A DNA stretch of 64,000 nucleotides, from contig MU626288.1 of assembly GCA_025603075.1 (NCBI GenBank), positions 1 through 64,000 of the forward strand, given 5' to 3'. Positions 24,103 to 36,081 of the stretch are shown here, piece after piece. Positions within the stretch are counted from its first letter, which is position 1, and each line of letters begins with the position of its first letter. Made by a program: the position numbers and the translations under genes. The DNA comes from Neoconidiobolus thromboides FSU 785. Lineage: Eukaryota > Fungi > Entomophthoromycota. Under the pieces are notes generated by a model that was not told the DNA's origin, searched no databases, and was given only the letters and a program-made list of their open reading frames with translations.

Positions 24103-26329
24103 ATGAGTGGGAGTTTTTTTGGATTTGATACAGCGCTTCCAAAGGGAGGCGGTAGACAAAAAAGTAAAGGAAAAAAAGCAGAGTATGGTGTGCCATTAGA
24201 CGACGATTTATTTGCGATTGATGCTTTAAACGATCAAACTTTTGGTAGCTCTTCATTAGAGAACATTGGTATTAAATTCAATTAAAGTTTGTTTTTTAAC
24301 CTAACATAGTTTAGATAAGGATTTTGATTTTACTGCAAGTAACAAATTGATACCTGAAAGGCCCCTTCCTCCCCAGAATAAGAGAGCTCCACCTGGATTT
24401 AAACCAACTAACGCTATTAAACCGGCTCCAGGGTTGAGTAAGCCTATGGAGATGTGGAACGAGCCAAATGTTCCTGGCCCTGCTTTTGGAGTTAATATTT
24501 CATTAGATGATCTTTTTGGTTCCCCAGCTCCAACCCATGAAGCTCCAGTTTATCTAAAAAAAGTGGATTGGGAAAGTATTAAGCTAGAAAGAAGAAAAGC
24601 AAGGTTATTGAAAGAAGAAAAGATGGTAATTATATTATATTAATAATTGTTTAAAAAAGTTAAATAAAAGACAGGCGAAAGAAGCTAAGTTCATGTGTCA
24701 AAATGATAAGGATTTTGTACTTAGGGTTCAACTTTCACAGTTAGTTTCTAACTCGGATTCTTTAAAAGTGGATGATTTTTATTTCGAAATGCTTAATTCA
24801 TTTACTGGAACTATTGGAAACATTAACGATAAAGGTAATGAGCAAGGGAATAATGGGCGAGGCCATAAAAATAATGAACTGCAAAAGATGCAGAAACAAT
24901 TAGCTAAGGTGGTAGCTGACACTAAAAGAAGACAAGAAAACTCAAAGAAGGGATTAGAAAATGCACTTGGAAAAGTAGCTCAAAAATCAAGCCGCAACCC
25001 TAAAATGGTCTTGCAAGTAAATCATCAGCGATCACCTTCAGAAGGATTAAGTTCAGGCTTGGATATTTTAAATGGTTCTGGTGCAAATACTCAGGTAATT
25101 AACTTAAAACTAAACTGAGCTATTTTTAATAAATAATTAGCGCCCAGCCTCTCTAGGACGCATTACCAACTTGCCATATCGCTCATCCTTTGTTTCACAA
25201 ACGCCATTAGAACGAAAGAAAACTGCATTATTAATTGAAAAGATGTACGTTTATTTACTTGAAATTGAACAATTGGCACGTAATCGACCTATTTTGAAGT
25301 ATGGGACAAATGAAGAAAGAGCTAAGCTTGACGAATGGTAAAGCTATTTTTGAGTCTAAATTTAAGCTAATGTTTATTTTTAATTTAGGGCTAGAAACTT
25401 TGAGTCCGTTTGTATCGATCTTTGGGAAACTTTTGGTATCGGGGATGAAGGGTAATTCTAGTTTATTTATTATTATTATTTTATTTATTTGAATAGAAAC
25501 TCATATTCCATCGTTCATTTTTTAAACTCAGCTAAGGGCAAAAAGCTTATTTTAAGATATGGGAGGTTAATGTCAAGGGATCACACTTTGAACTTTATTT
25601 CAGTTTTGCTTACCCATTTTGAAGACTTGAATGTAGTCAAGAATGGAATATGTCCACCGAAGGGTCGATTACCTCCTATTGTTACAGATGAAATTGAACT
25701 TTTTCTTTCATCCGTGCTACCATTAGTTATGGCCTATATAAGTGAAGCTCCACTTGTAATTGTTAATGGATTACTTTCTATTTTAATGGAAAAGAATAAT
25801 GTGGTTGCTATTTCACGTTCTAAAGTTGGTTTAGCCTTTTTGACCATTTTCTTGACCCGAATTGAAGTACTCAGACAATCAGGAGGAAGTTTTATTGGAA
25901 TGATGGCACCATCGCCTGAAGTGCCATTAGCTAGAAGGTTATAATTTAAAATTCTAAAATAACCAATTATTAATTATTTTATTATAGCTCTGAATTATTC
26001 TCGAATTTATTTAATTCACTACAAAATCATTTTCTGGCCATTTTTCCATCACTCATGTCTCAAATTGATGATTTATACGCTTGGCAGTTTCTGGCTTCTC
26101 TTTCAGTAGGCCTTAATCTTGATCAACAGCATACCCTCGTGTTGGAACTTCGGTAATTTTAAGCTAGATTTTTAATTCACCATTTAATCTTTTTAGTGAT
26201 AAAGTTATTGAGCAAATCACTCTTGCCTCTCGTGGCCATTTACCTAGTGATGTTGCAGCTACTAAAATTACCAATGTTAATCTGTTTTTGCATGCCCTCG
26301 GATTGGATGCTTCTCAAGTTAATGTTTAG
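24103..26329 (+). CDS. PAT1: Decapping activator / topoisomerase II-associated protein Pat1 (multi-exon)
   Basis: N-terminal FFGFDTALP and DALNDQTFG, middle DKDFVLRVQLSQLV...DDFYF and ENALGKV...SRNPKMVLQV, and C-terminal helical domain KGKKLILRY...LFMHALGLDASQVNV*. Confidence 0.92.
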
Positions 26330-26586
26330 TTTTGAGTTTTGCCAAATTAATTTTTTTAGATTAAAAGTAAGCTCTTTGTCAATTGTTATTGCATTGAAAA
26401 TCTTTTTTAAATATAAATATAAATTTTTGTCATTTTACAGTTAAATCTAATATAAAGTAGCTGTTTTTTAGTGTTAAAATTCTATTAGAGAGAAATTTTG
26501 GAGTAAATTTTTTGATTTTTATAAAGTTTGCAGTAATACAATGAAATCAAACTTCGTTATTATTTAATTCTCAAATTCTATACTTG

Positions 26587-26690
26587 ATATGGGGTGCTTT
26601 TTTTGATTTCATTACTTCTCCGTTTTTTAAGCGCTATTTGAGTAGAAAGATTGTTAGTAAAATTGTTAAACAAAAAATACATCCTCATAT
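26587..26690 (+). repeat. Dispersed fold-back repeat, copy D
   Basis: ATATGGGGTGCTTTTTTTGATTTCATTACTTCTCCGTTTTTTAAGCGCTATTTGAGTAGAAAGATTGTTAGTAAAATTG...AATACATCCTCATAT. Confidence 0.9.
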
Positions 26691-27009
26691 ATTATCTAGG
26701 TACTTAAATTTTAAACTATAAATAAAATTAATTAATATGAAATTATAAATGCTAATTCATTTACAAGATAATTGCTTTTGCAGCAATATTATTGCTAAAG
26801 TTTAATTAGGTAAGTTTTAAATTTTCTACAGAAATGTTATATAAGATAGTGAAAGAAATTACACTATAAATTAGCCCATTTTAAAGCTTTCAGCTAACTG
26901 CTTATACTGAAGGAAGGCAAAGGTACCTAGGAGTCGACTTTTCGATCAATTTTAATATAAAATACTATTATTTAAATATTTCGTTCTCATTTCTTTTTAT
27001 ACAAAATCA

Positions 27010-28500
27010 TCAAAGCTCAAGATCATTATCCATATCAGAATAAATTGTAATAGCCTTATTATAAGCATCTCTGTGTTTAGATATTATATCTGCATGGTCA
27101 ATATCTTCAGTTTCTACCTCTACTATATCTGGACTTAACTCTAAAAAGCATTCTATAAGTTCTTCATCTACAAACGAGTTACCAAAGCGAAAAGTTTTTA
27201 AGGACATTTTTGTACTGGATATTTCTTTTAGCCTTCTAGCTATGTGTTCTAAATCTAAGTCATCTTCAGCCATTGTATTTGTTACATCTAAATGTTCAAC
27301 AGAAGTTAAATGTAGCCTTAAAAAGTAAATGAATTCTATTCCTATTTTTTCATCTCCATTTCTGAAAGTAAACATTTTTAAATTACAACTTGTCCTTGCT
27401 TTTTTAGGCCTTTTGGATAAATTCACAAAATATTCATCATTTAAATTGCATTGATTAATTACTAATTTATCTAGATTTGGAAGTCGAGTGAAACAGTGAG
27501 TAATTAAGTCTATGTTGAATCCATCACAATTTTCTAAATATAGCTGTCTAAGATTGGGGAACTTTTGGGAATTAAATGTATATTCTACATCCATATTCAT
27601 AAAACACATTGTGATTGATTCCATGGGATAGTTCATATGATTTAAAAGATGCGGCATACGATTTCCATCATCACTAAGTCCTTCAACTCCAAACAATTTA
27701 AACTCATTTAAACTGGGTATATTACTCGCTTTTAACTTTAATTTATGAGCTGCCCTTGATAAACTTCCGATATTACCAATCGAAAGGGACTCTAATTTTG
27801 GTAATGGTGTATCTAAACACATTACAGCACTTTCTACAAAAAAATCACCTAAAAGTTCTAAATCCATTAAATTAGTAAACTTTGATAGTAATGACCGCAT
27901 TAAACTAGCATCTACAGTAGTGAGTCGGCTAAGGTGAAGCACGACAAGCGCATCAGGTACAAAATATAATAATTCATTCAAATAACTGGCATTGATACAC
28001 ATACGCTGTATTTTCAGCGTATCTAAATTTGGGAAGTTAGGTATCTGTGCTAAGTCTTCTGGAGGTTCATCATCAAATGGAGAACCAATATCAAGATGCT
28101 CTAGAGTTGGACCATATGTTGAGTAAACGGCATCTAGAATCTCATTAACATTGCATTCGTCTAAAACAACCATTGTAGCGTTCATACATTTACTAAATAC
28201 ATAAACATAAAACTCAGTACTTTGACATGTGTTAATTGTTATTGTTTTAACTATATTACCAAAAGTAGTTAAATTGTTATCCAGTTCGTCCATATCTCCC
28301 CTTAGCCAGTCATCAGTCAAATCTTCTAAAAAACTAACAAAGATTTGCCAAGAAAAGGCTTGACTTAGGTCCATCAATCTTATCCGGTCTGAAGTTGGCA
28401 AATATTCCACGATACTTTTTATAACATTATCATTGTATTTATTTATCTCTTTCTTAGGCCCATATACTCTTTTTTTTGTTATATGCTTATTATCCATCAT
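27010..28500 (-). CDS. Divergent F-box-like / LRR (RNI-like) protein, intronless, 496 aa
   Basis: Degenerate F-box-like segment NDNVIKSIVEYLPTSDRIRLMDLSQAF followed by LxxLxL repeats (LEHLDI, LDTLKI, LMDLEL, LESLSI, LRQLYL, LDKLVI). Confidence 0.6.
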   Translation of the reverse strand: MMDNKHITKKRVYGPKKEINKYNDNVIKSIVEYLPTSDRIRLMDLSQAFSWQIFVSFLEDLTDDWLRGDMDELDNNLTTFGNIVKTITINTCQSTEFYVYVFSKCMNATMVVLDECNVNEILDAVYSTYGPTLEHLDIGSPFDDEPPEDLAQIPNFPNLDTLKIQRMCINASYLNELLYFVPDALVVLHLSRLTTVDASLMRSLLSKFTNLMDLELLGDFFVESAVMCLDTPLPKLESLSIGNIGSLSRAAHKLKLKASNIPSLNEFKLFGVEGLSDDGNRMPHLLNHMNYPMESITMCFMNMDVEYTFNSQKFPNLRQLYLENCDGFNIDLITHCFTRLPNLDKLVINQCNLNDEYFVNLSKRPKKARTSCNLKMFTFRNGDEKIGIEFIYFLRLHLTSVEHLDVTNTMAEDDLDLEHIARRLKEISSTKMSLKTFRFGNSFVDEELIECFLELSPDIVEVETEDIDHADIISKHRDAYNKAITIYSDMDNDLEL

Positions 28501-29608
28501 TTGAAATTTAATATAAAATAGTTGCTATCAATTACTGTTATTTTCTATTACTAGCTAGTAGGTCAATACTAAATTTTGAGTTTTGGTTGAATCAAAGTCA
28601 GCTAGCATTTTACATTTTTTTTGCATTAATTCATTTGCTAACTTTTTAAAAAAATGGACAAATTATTATGGGAGTTGTTGACGTTGATTGACTACTGTAG
28701 TCACTAATTAATTAGCTATTCAGTAATTTTTTTACTGGTATTAAGTTTTTTGTATCTATGAATGTTCTCATAAAATCATATATATATAAATTGGGCAACT
28801 ATCTAATGTTATACGAAATATATGGCCCACCTATGCTTGAAATAACTTTTGATATTGAGAGACTCAAAAATTATATTTTATAATAAAATACCACAATTAG
28901 ATGAGCAATATTCATATCAAACTAATGACAAACAATATATCAATATAACGATAAGCATATAAATAAAAAGGCAAATAAGAGCAAATGTCTAATAGGTTGG
29001 GCCCAATGTAAGTAGTGGAATTAGATGCCAAAATCAAACAAAAAGCACTTTGAGTGTAGGTCTATTTTTACAGGAATATCGTAAAATATCGCATTTTTAC
29101 TGATATTAAATAGTTATTTTTTCTAACTTTAACATAAAAAATAAGCTTAGGCAGGTTACTAAGCCTTAGATAAATAAGAATACTAAAAGATGTTTTGATT
29201 AGAAATATTAATAACTTTAGATGAAAATACGTATTACAGTCTATATAATGAAACATCTCTAAAATAGATCTTTTGAGTTAACCTTTTATTTCAAGAAAAT
29301 GTCACAAAGTTCATTTGTTTAACAGAACAGATGGAAATATAAATTTGAAAGTAAATTTTGAATTTAGCATAAATATAGAATAAACATTTATTCAAATACA
29401 TGCTTGAGTATAATAGTTCACTATTATTAAAACAAAAAAGTGATTATATTAACATTGAAATATGAATATAGTGTATCCAAAATAAAAAATACAAGGCATT
29501 AATATGATACTTTTTACGATAAAATAGTATCAGCATACAAGCTTAGAATAAATTAGTTAAATTAGTTAAATAATAAAATGTTCATATATTAAATCATAAA
29601 ATTAATCT

Positions 29609-30352
29609 TTATTCATACTTTTCTACTTTACAACTGGCATTGAAGCTAGCAGTAACATAGTCGCCTTTAAAGGATTCTTGAATGGTGTTATAATGAGCTT
29701 TGTCTTTAACATATAAATCAATTTGACCAGCACCGAAAGACCAAGATACATCAACAACTTTGAAACAACCATTGTGTGTTTTACCGTTTGGTAATTTCAA
29801 TCCGTCAAATTCGTTAATATGAACTAAAGTACCTGTAGGATAGTCGTTGTTAGCAAGAGAAGTGTAAATTTCAAGAGGATCTCCTTTTGACCCTATTGGC
29901 TCTGATTTGATAAAACAGTCACAAGCTTGATCTCCACAATTGATGAATTGCCCATCCCTTAAAACACCACTACCTTCTAAATGTACAGTTTCCCAATACT
30001 CGTTAGATACTTTGGCAAGCGTACCTTTAGTACTACAATCTGGGATAGCTTTCTCTTCTCCCAATGTAAAATCTTTTTCGTCAGTAATCCAATAGTATGT
30101 AAATTTAGTTGAAGTACCAGCTCCACCCAAATTACCGCCCTTTGATCTACCATCTTCTTCAGCTACCTTGTTCTCTTCTTCGCCACTTGCTGGGATATTT
30201 GGTAATTCAACTGAGTCTTCATTGGTAATTTTGATCCCAGCTGAAGTAGAATCGAGAGAAGCTTCTAACTCGGTTTCTTCAAGAGGTAAGGAAAGAACAC
30301 CACTCATAAAGGCAGCAACGAACAAAGGGTAAAATAATTGATTAAATTTCAT
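29609..30352 (-). CDS. Secreted 3D-domain (MltA/double-psi-barrel-like) protein, intronless, 247 aa
   Basis: Signal peptide MKFNQLFYPLFVAAFMSGVLSLP, an acidic linker, then FTYYW...LEGSG...GDPLEIYTSLANNDYPTGTLVHI...CFKVVDVSWSFGAGQIDLYV resembling the 3D motif. Six Cys in the mature part. Confidence 0.65.
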   Translation of the reverse strand: MKFNQLFYPLFVAAFMSGVLSLPLEETELEASLDSTSAGIKITNEDSVELPNIPASGEEENKVAEEDGRSKGGNLGGAGTSTKFTYYWITDEKDFTLGEEKAIPDCSTKGTLAKVSNEYWETVHLEGSGVLRDGQFINCGDQACDCFIKSEPIGSKGDPLEIYTSLANNDYPTGTLVHINEFDGLKLPNGKTHNGCFKVVDVSWSFGAGQIDLYVKDKAHYNTIQESFKGDYVTASFNASCKVEKYE

Positions 30353-31439
30353 TATAACTTATTTATCAAAAATAAAGTAAATTTTTTAAAGTATAGTTTG
30401 ATAGCTACACATTGTTTTTATAGTTATTTTATTATTTTAGAGATGTTATAATGTTCCATTTTTATATTTTAATTTATTAGTTTATTATTTCCTTGGCTTT
30501 CAATTTATTATATGTTCTGTGACACTGATTGTTTTTAAAAATATACTTTATTGGTAATTATTTTGGCTATTTGGAATTCTGGTTTTTCTACAGATGTTTA
30601 TAAATTTTTAGGAAAAATATACAGCTATCTCTATTTTGCATTTGTAAATATTATAAATATTATAATAGTGTTCATTTATCGATTTTGTAATTTAATTCAA
30701 AAAAAGATGGTATTTAATATAACCTATCAAACAATAATACTAAAGGAATGTATATAAGATTTAGTAAATTATATTTCAATAAGTCAAATTAAATATTATC
30801 AAGCTTTTAAAAGCACTTTAGATCTAAGATTATAGCAATTTATTATGAACTTATTAGCTGAACTTAATTACATTTTTAGAACAACTTTGATTTTTTTATT
30901 CCATGTTTGATTGTTTAATTAATTCCTATTATAATATTTTAATCCTATTTATCATACATTAGATAATGTTAAAACACGATAATATTCATGATAAGAGTAT
31001 TTTTTTAGTTTTATTTGTTGAAAGTGGCTTTTCAATTTCAATACTTAAACTATTAAATTCCAAAATACCTACTGGAAACTAAAATATTTGTTTACTATAA
31101 TCTTATCAGAAGAACTATTGGGAATTTGTTTAATTATGGTATAATTTAATACATTTAATTTAAAGGTAAATGTATTAAATTTAAAGTATCTTATGAAGGA
31201 AACAAAAAGCTGGGGGAGTTCTAGCCTTAAACCCCAAGAAGGTTATTTGTAATAGTGTTGCGAATGTTTTTTATCAATACTTTGTTCAATTTTAAGCGAC
31301 TTAAATTTTAAATAAAACAGCCTGAATGTTTTTTTTGATATTAATAATTAAAAATGATATTTGATAAATAAATTAATCATGAAAGTAATATCCCACATTT
31401 GATAATGGTATACGAATAAAACATGTTTATTAAATATAA

Positions 31440-32256
31440 CTAATAACTAGATTTAATAGTGGAAACCATAATACCATCCTTAATAGAAAGTCCATGACCT
31501 TCCATTAAAAATTCATGAATTTCAGAGTCAAACTTTGGGTGATTATTAACATGCTTAATGTATTCTGGGGCTCCTGGATAGATAACATTGTCTGCAATAA
31601 TAACGGAATTATTGGCAAATAGCTTGGAATTGTCTGCTAAATTAAAGTCACTGACATAAGCTGACTTAATATGATCAATAAAAAATAAATCAATGGTAGT
31701 AATATTATGGTCTTTTTGGAGTTTAGGCAAGACTGTTGCTAAATCTCCGTTAAGCACTGTAATTTTGTTTTCTAAACCTGCAAATTTGATTACCTAATAG
31801 TATGATATTAGTTACATACTGGCTATATTATAAATACTTACTCTTTCCATTACGGATACAAGTATGGAATCATACTCAACAGAATAAAAATGGGCACTGG
31901 GATCATTTTTAATTAAATTTCCCATATAAATGGAACTGTAACCAATATAGCCTCCTAACTCAACTAATACCTAAAATTGTGAATTAAACTCATATTTTTT
32001 ATACAACTATTATAATTACTTTGGGTTTTCTCTGTTCAATATTTTGTTTTAAAATAGTCCCTTTTTTATCACCAACAATCATAATAGGCTCATGTTCATA
32101 AAAATAATCTTCAAAAGCTTTAAGCACGGACTCTGGATTTCCTTTAACTGCAGTGGAAAATATGTAATTAATTACGTTTTTTACTTCTATAAAATCACAT
32201 TTATTAACTATAATATTTTATTGCTATTAATAATTACTCTTATAATCGATATCCAT
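31440..32256 (-). CDS. COMT: Catechol O-methyltransferase-like protein, paralog 1 (4 exons)
   Basis: GNPESVLKAFEDY...MIVGDKKG, SAM motif LVELGGYIGYS, metal and catalytic motifs FFIDHIK and IIADNVIYPGAP. Confidence 0.9.
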
Positions 32257-32292
32257 TTTTTATTTTATTCAAAAGTAATTTATTTTCGTCCT

Positions 32293-32304
32293 TTTATATA
32301 CTTT
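32293..32304 (-). promoter_or_regulatory. TATA-like element upstream of COMT paralog 1
   Basis: AAAGTATATAAA on the minus strand about 40 nt upstream of the ATG. An identical 12-mer sits at the equivalent position for paralog 2 (34581-34592). Confidence 0.5.
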
Positions 32305-32878
32305 TTATGAGCTATTAAGCCGAGAGTAATTTTTAACTTTGATGTCAAAACTAAATGCGAAATGCCATTATCGGTATTTCGGAATTTTCTAATCTGATAA
32401 AGTTTATTTATTAAAAGTTGAAGTCTTAAATGACGAAAATTTCTTTTATAGAATTATCAGTATTAAATACTTTTTTATTCTAATTACATCACTAGAATTA
32501 ATAGCATATGAGTATTCATTGGATTGTCTTTAAAAAGTATATTTTTAATGAGTTTATAAAACCGCTTTATTGTCACTTAAAATATTATTTTTAAAGCATA
32601 TCTCCAGCTCATCTTAGTTAAATCATTGAGTCATAAAGCAAAGTATTTAATAGTCATTGAAATTAGTAACTTAAATGTTAAAATTTCCAAGAGTACCTTA
32701 TACTATTACTTTAATTAATTTTATATAGATACCCCTAGTCAATTACATACATTACTTTAATAATTTAGCATATTTAAGCCTTATAGATCAAATCCACTGT
32801 TTTAGCTCTGGTAATATATAACCCATTACGGATACTCCTTCTAATTCTAAGCTTTTATTATTTAAAAATACAGACTAG

Positions 32879-32984
32879 TATTGGGGACGTTTTTTTTTGC
32901 TTCATTACTTTTTCCATCTTTTAAGCGTTGTTTACATGGAAAAATTATTAGTAAAATTATTAAATACAAAAATACATCCCCATT
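32879..32984 (+). repeat. Dispersed fold-back repeat, copy E (between the COMT paralogs)
   Basis: TATTGGGGACGTTTTTTTTTGCTTCATTACTTTTTCCATCTTTTAAGCGTTGTTTACATGGAAAAATTATTAGTAAAATTATTAAATACAAAAATACATCCCCAT. Confidence 0.88.
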
Positions 32985-33745
32985 ACTATTTTTATTCTAG
33001 TGTGTAAGAATTAATCTTTGCCCAAAAAACAAGGGATGACCAAAATTTTCCCAAACTGGGTTTCATTTAAAAGATCAAAAAATAAAGTTCATGACTAGGC
33101 TTTTGTGAATCAAGTCATTGTTGAAAACTGGTATTAGACATCAAATGACCTGGGTCACTAAATCACATCTACCCTGCTACCTTTTCAAATTTTGACTTGG
33201 AATTAACATAGATAATAATTAAAATAGTTTTTTTAATAAAGAAGGCATGAGTATTTCTCTCATACTATTTATGCTTAATTTACTATTTTCATGATAAACT
33301 GAGACTGGGAAAAAGTTGTACCTTGGGTTTAAATTAATCCATATACACATTTATAAATTTTAGTTGAATTAAAAAGTAGGCACACTCTTTCTGTCAGGAT
33401 CAAAAAGCTTATAGAAATTAGTGATTTGAAGGATTGTACTAGTCTTATAGGCAGCCTCTAAGCTCGTTTTAACCATATATATAATAACAAATACTGTCAA
33501 AGTAAAAGTAATTGTAGTTTTTTTTAACAAATTTCAGTCTAATAGAGCTTGAAGCAATTGATTTACTTTGAATTTTACTTTTGAAGTTTTGTTATAAAAA
33601 TCTTCCCTATTTTCAATTAGTTGTCATTATTACAACTTTACATAAAAGGTGTAGTATATAACTTAACTGTTTTCAGAAGCAGTTATTTAAATAAAAACTC
33701 AAATACAATAAGTACTAAGCTATAATATAACACAACCTTTTTTTA

Positions 33746-34550
33746 TTAAACCTTGACTTTAGTAACCATTATACCATCAGTATGAACATGACCTTTAGCC
33801 TCAAGTAAGAACTCATAGGTTTTTGACTCAAAATCTTGATGGTTACTAACATATTCAACATAATCTGGAGCACCTGGCCATATAACATTATCAGCAATAA
33901 TAATTGAATTTGAATGAAATAATTTAGCTTCGTTGGCTAATTTAAAGTCATTGAGATACTCAGTTTTGATATGATCCAAGAAAAATAGGTCTACTTTTTC
34001 AACTTTATGTACCTCTTTAAGTTCGGATAATACTGCTTTTAAGTTTCCACTAAGTACAGTGACTTTATCTTGTAATCCAGCAAATTTGAGTACCTATAAG
34101 AGATCAACACCTATAAATAAAATTAAATAGTAGTTTACTTTTTCCATCACACATACAAGGATAGGGTCAAATTCTACAGAGTAAAAATGAGCGCCTGGGA
34201 TATCCTTTATTAATTGAGCCATAAAGATAGCACTGTAACCAATATAGCCACCTAGTTCTAAGATGACCTATAATCATTTATTGTTAAATCAGTATAATTC
34301 GAACTTAGTTATTACCTTTGGCTGTTTAGCTTGAATATGCTCTTTTAAAATACTACCCTTTTTTTCGCCAACGATCATGATATGCTCCGTTTGGTAGAAA
34401 TAAGATTCAAAAGCCTTAATAACTGACTCTGGATTACCTTCAGTTGCATGACTGAAGATATGTTTTAATACATTTTGAACTTCTAAATAAACTTATTAGG
34501 TTTGGATTTTGAAAAATTTAGCAATAATTACGTTTATAGTTAATATCCAT
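33746..34550 (-). CDS. COMT: Catechol O-methyltransferase-like protein, paralog 2 (4 exons)
   Basis: Same exon layout as paralog 1. GNPESVIKAFESY...MIVGEKKG, LELGGYIGYS, FLDHIKTEY, IIADNVIWPGAP. Confidence 0.9.
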
Positions 34551-35975
34551 TTTTTGTAAAATACTATGACTATTTGCTAGTTTATATACTTTTAATTTTT
34601 TGGCATTTTATTTTTATTCTAATGACCTTCAAAAGTGATATCATCAAATGCAATATTATGTTATCCTTTGAGCATATTATTTTAAGTCAATTACTAATCT
34701 AGCTTTACACCGTTTAATTACCTTCACTCACTCTTAAATAATACAGTAAATGCGATCAAAAATTTAGTTAATTTAAAAAACCCAATCTCATAATTTATTA
34801 AAGACATATCAGAAATATGGGGCAATACTGTAGACTTTGACAATAATAAATAGAACATCTTTATATACTTGTAATGGAGCTATGGAAATATTTATATTTT
34901 TTCTATGAAGCCACATATAGTAAGTTTGAATTCTGTATATTCTGTTACCCAAATAACCTATTTTAGGATTAATTATAGTTTTTTATTTTTGCTTTTGAAA
35001 ATTTATTGTGATTACTAATATATTTATATTACATATTTTGAAGCAATTGGGATCATGAATTGAAACACCATAGCAAATTATGAAAATGCTTTTAGATTAA
35101 TTTTGTTTATTTACATTAATAACTTATATAACAATAAAAGTTTACTTTATTTATAATTGTATTTTATAAAATTATAGAAAAATTGAATTTCATGTAATAA
35201 TTGTTTAAGACAAACTCATTATTTAATAATACAATAACTTCGAAGTGTTAAGTTGCTCATTAAACTATATTTGAATTTATTTAAATTATGTTAATAGAAA
35301 CATTAAGGATTAAAATTCAATATACGTTCTAGGTATATCAAATAAATAATTTTCAAAATTTTATTACACTGCAAACAAAGAAACATAAGCTATGTGCTTT
35401 GAATTTTCTTAGTTTTGTATAACATTGTACATAGATTACACTTTTTATTCAACAAAAGATTTAATTATTTAGGATAACAAAACCCAGTTCAGAGGGAGGA
35501 AATGAGAATCAATAAAAGAAAATCATGTATGAAAGGCTCTTATTGGAGCGGACAAGGGGAACGGGATTAGAAGAGAAGGCAGAAGGGGCAAGCACCCTTC
35601 ACCTCATGAAAAAGTTAATTTCCTTTAGCCCACTGGCACCAATTTAACATAAAAGATTTAGGTTCAGTTTTTTGGGATCCCTGTGCTACTACAAGTACTC
35701 TTCATTCAGGAGTTAATTTCTAGGTTTTTACCAGAATTTGGTCAATATGATTTAATAAAGAGCTTAAAACAAAGTTTATTGTATCACAAAAGCTATTTAA
35801 ATTAAATTTATTACAAAAAGTTTAAAAGTCAAAATGCTCTAACATTTCATGATAGTAAAGTATCACTGTTACTTTTAATCTTTAATTTTTTAAACTCAAA
35901 AGCCAAAGAATTGCTAGAAACTAATATTAATAAAATTTATACCTTCTAATTTCATAGTTTGCCTTTCAGCCCACT

Positions 35976-36081
35976 ATATGGGAGTGTTTTTTTGGCTTCA
36001 TTATTTTTTCCATTTTTTGAGCGCTATTCAAGCGGAAAATTTGTTAGTAAAATTCTTAAATACAAAAATACATCCCCATAT
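35976..36081 (+). repeat. Dispersed fold-back repeat, copy F
   Basis: ATATGGGAGTGTTTTTTTGGCTTCATTATTTTTTCCATTTTTTGAGCGCTATTCAAGCGGAAAATTTGTTAGTAAAATTCTTAAATACAAAAATACATCCCCATAT. Confidence 0.9.

Noticed and set aside
30551-30757. Short AT-rich ORFs (30551, 20357, 26196, 29068, 32092, 36856, 51576, 52124)
   Set aside because: They have F/I/L/K/N-biased composition typical of random AT-rich DNA, often non-ATG starts, and no motifs or splice support.
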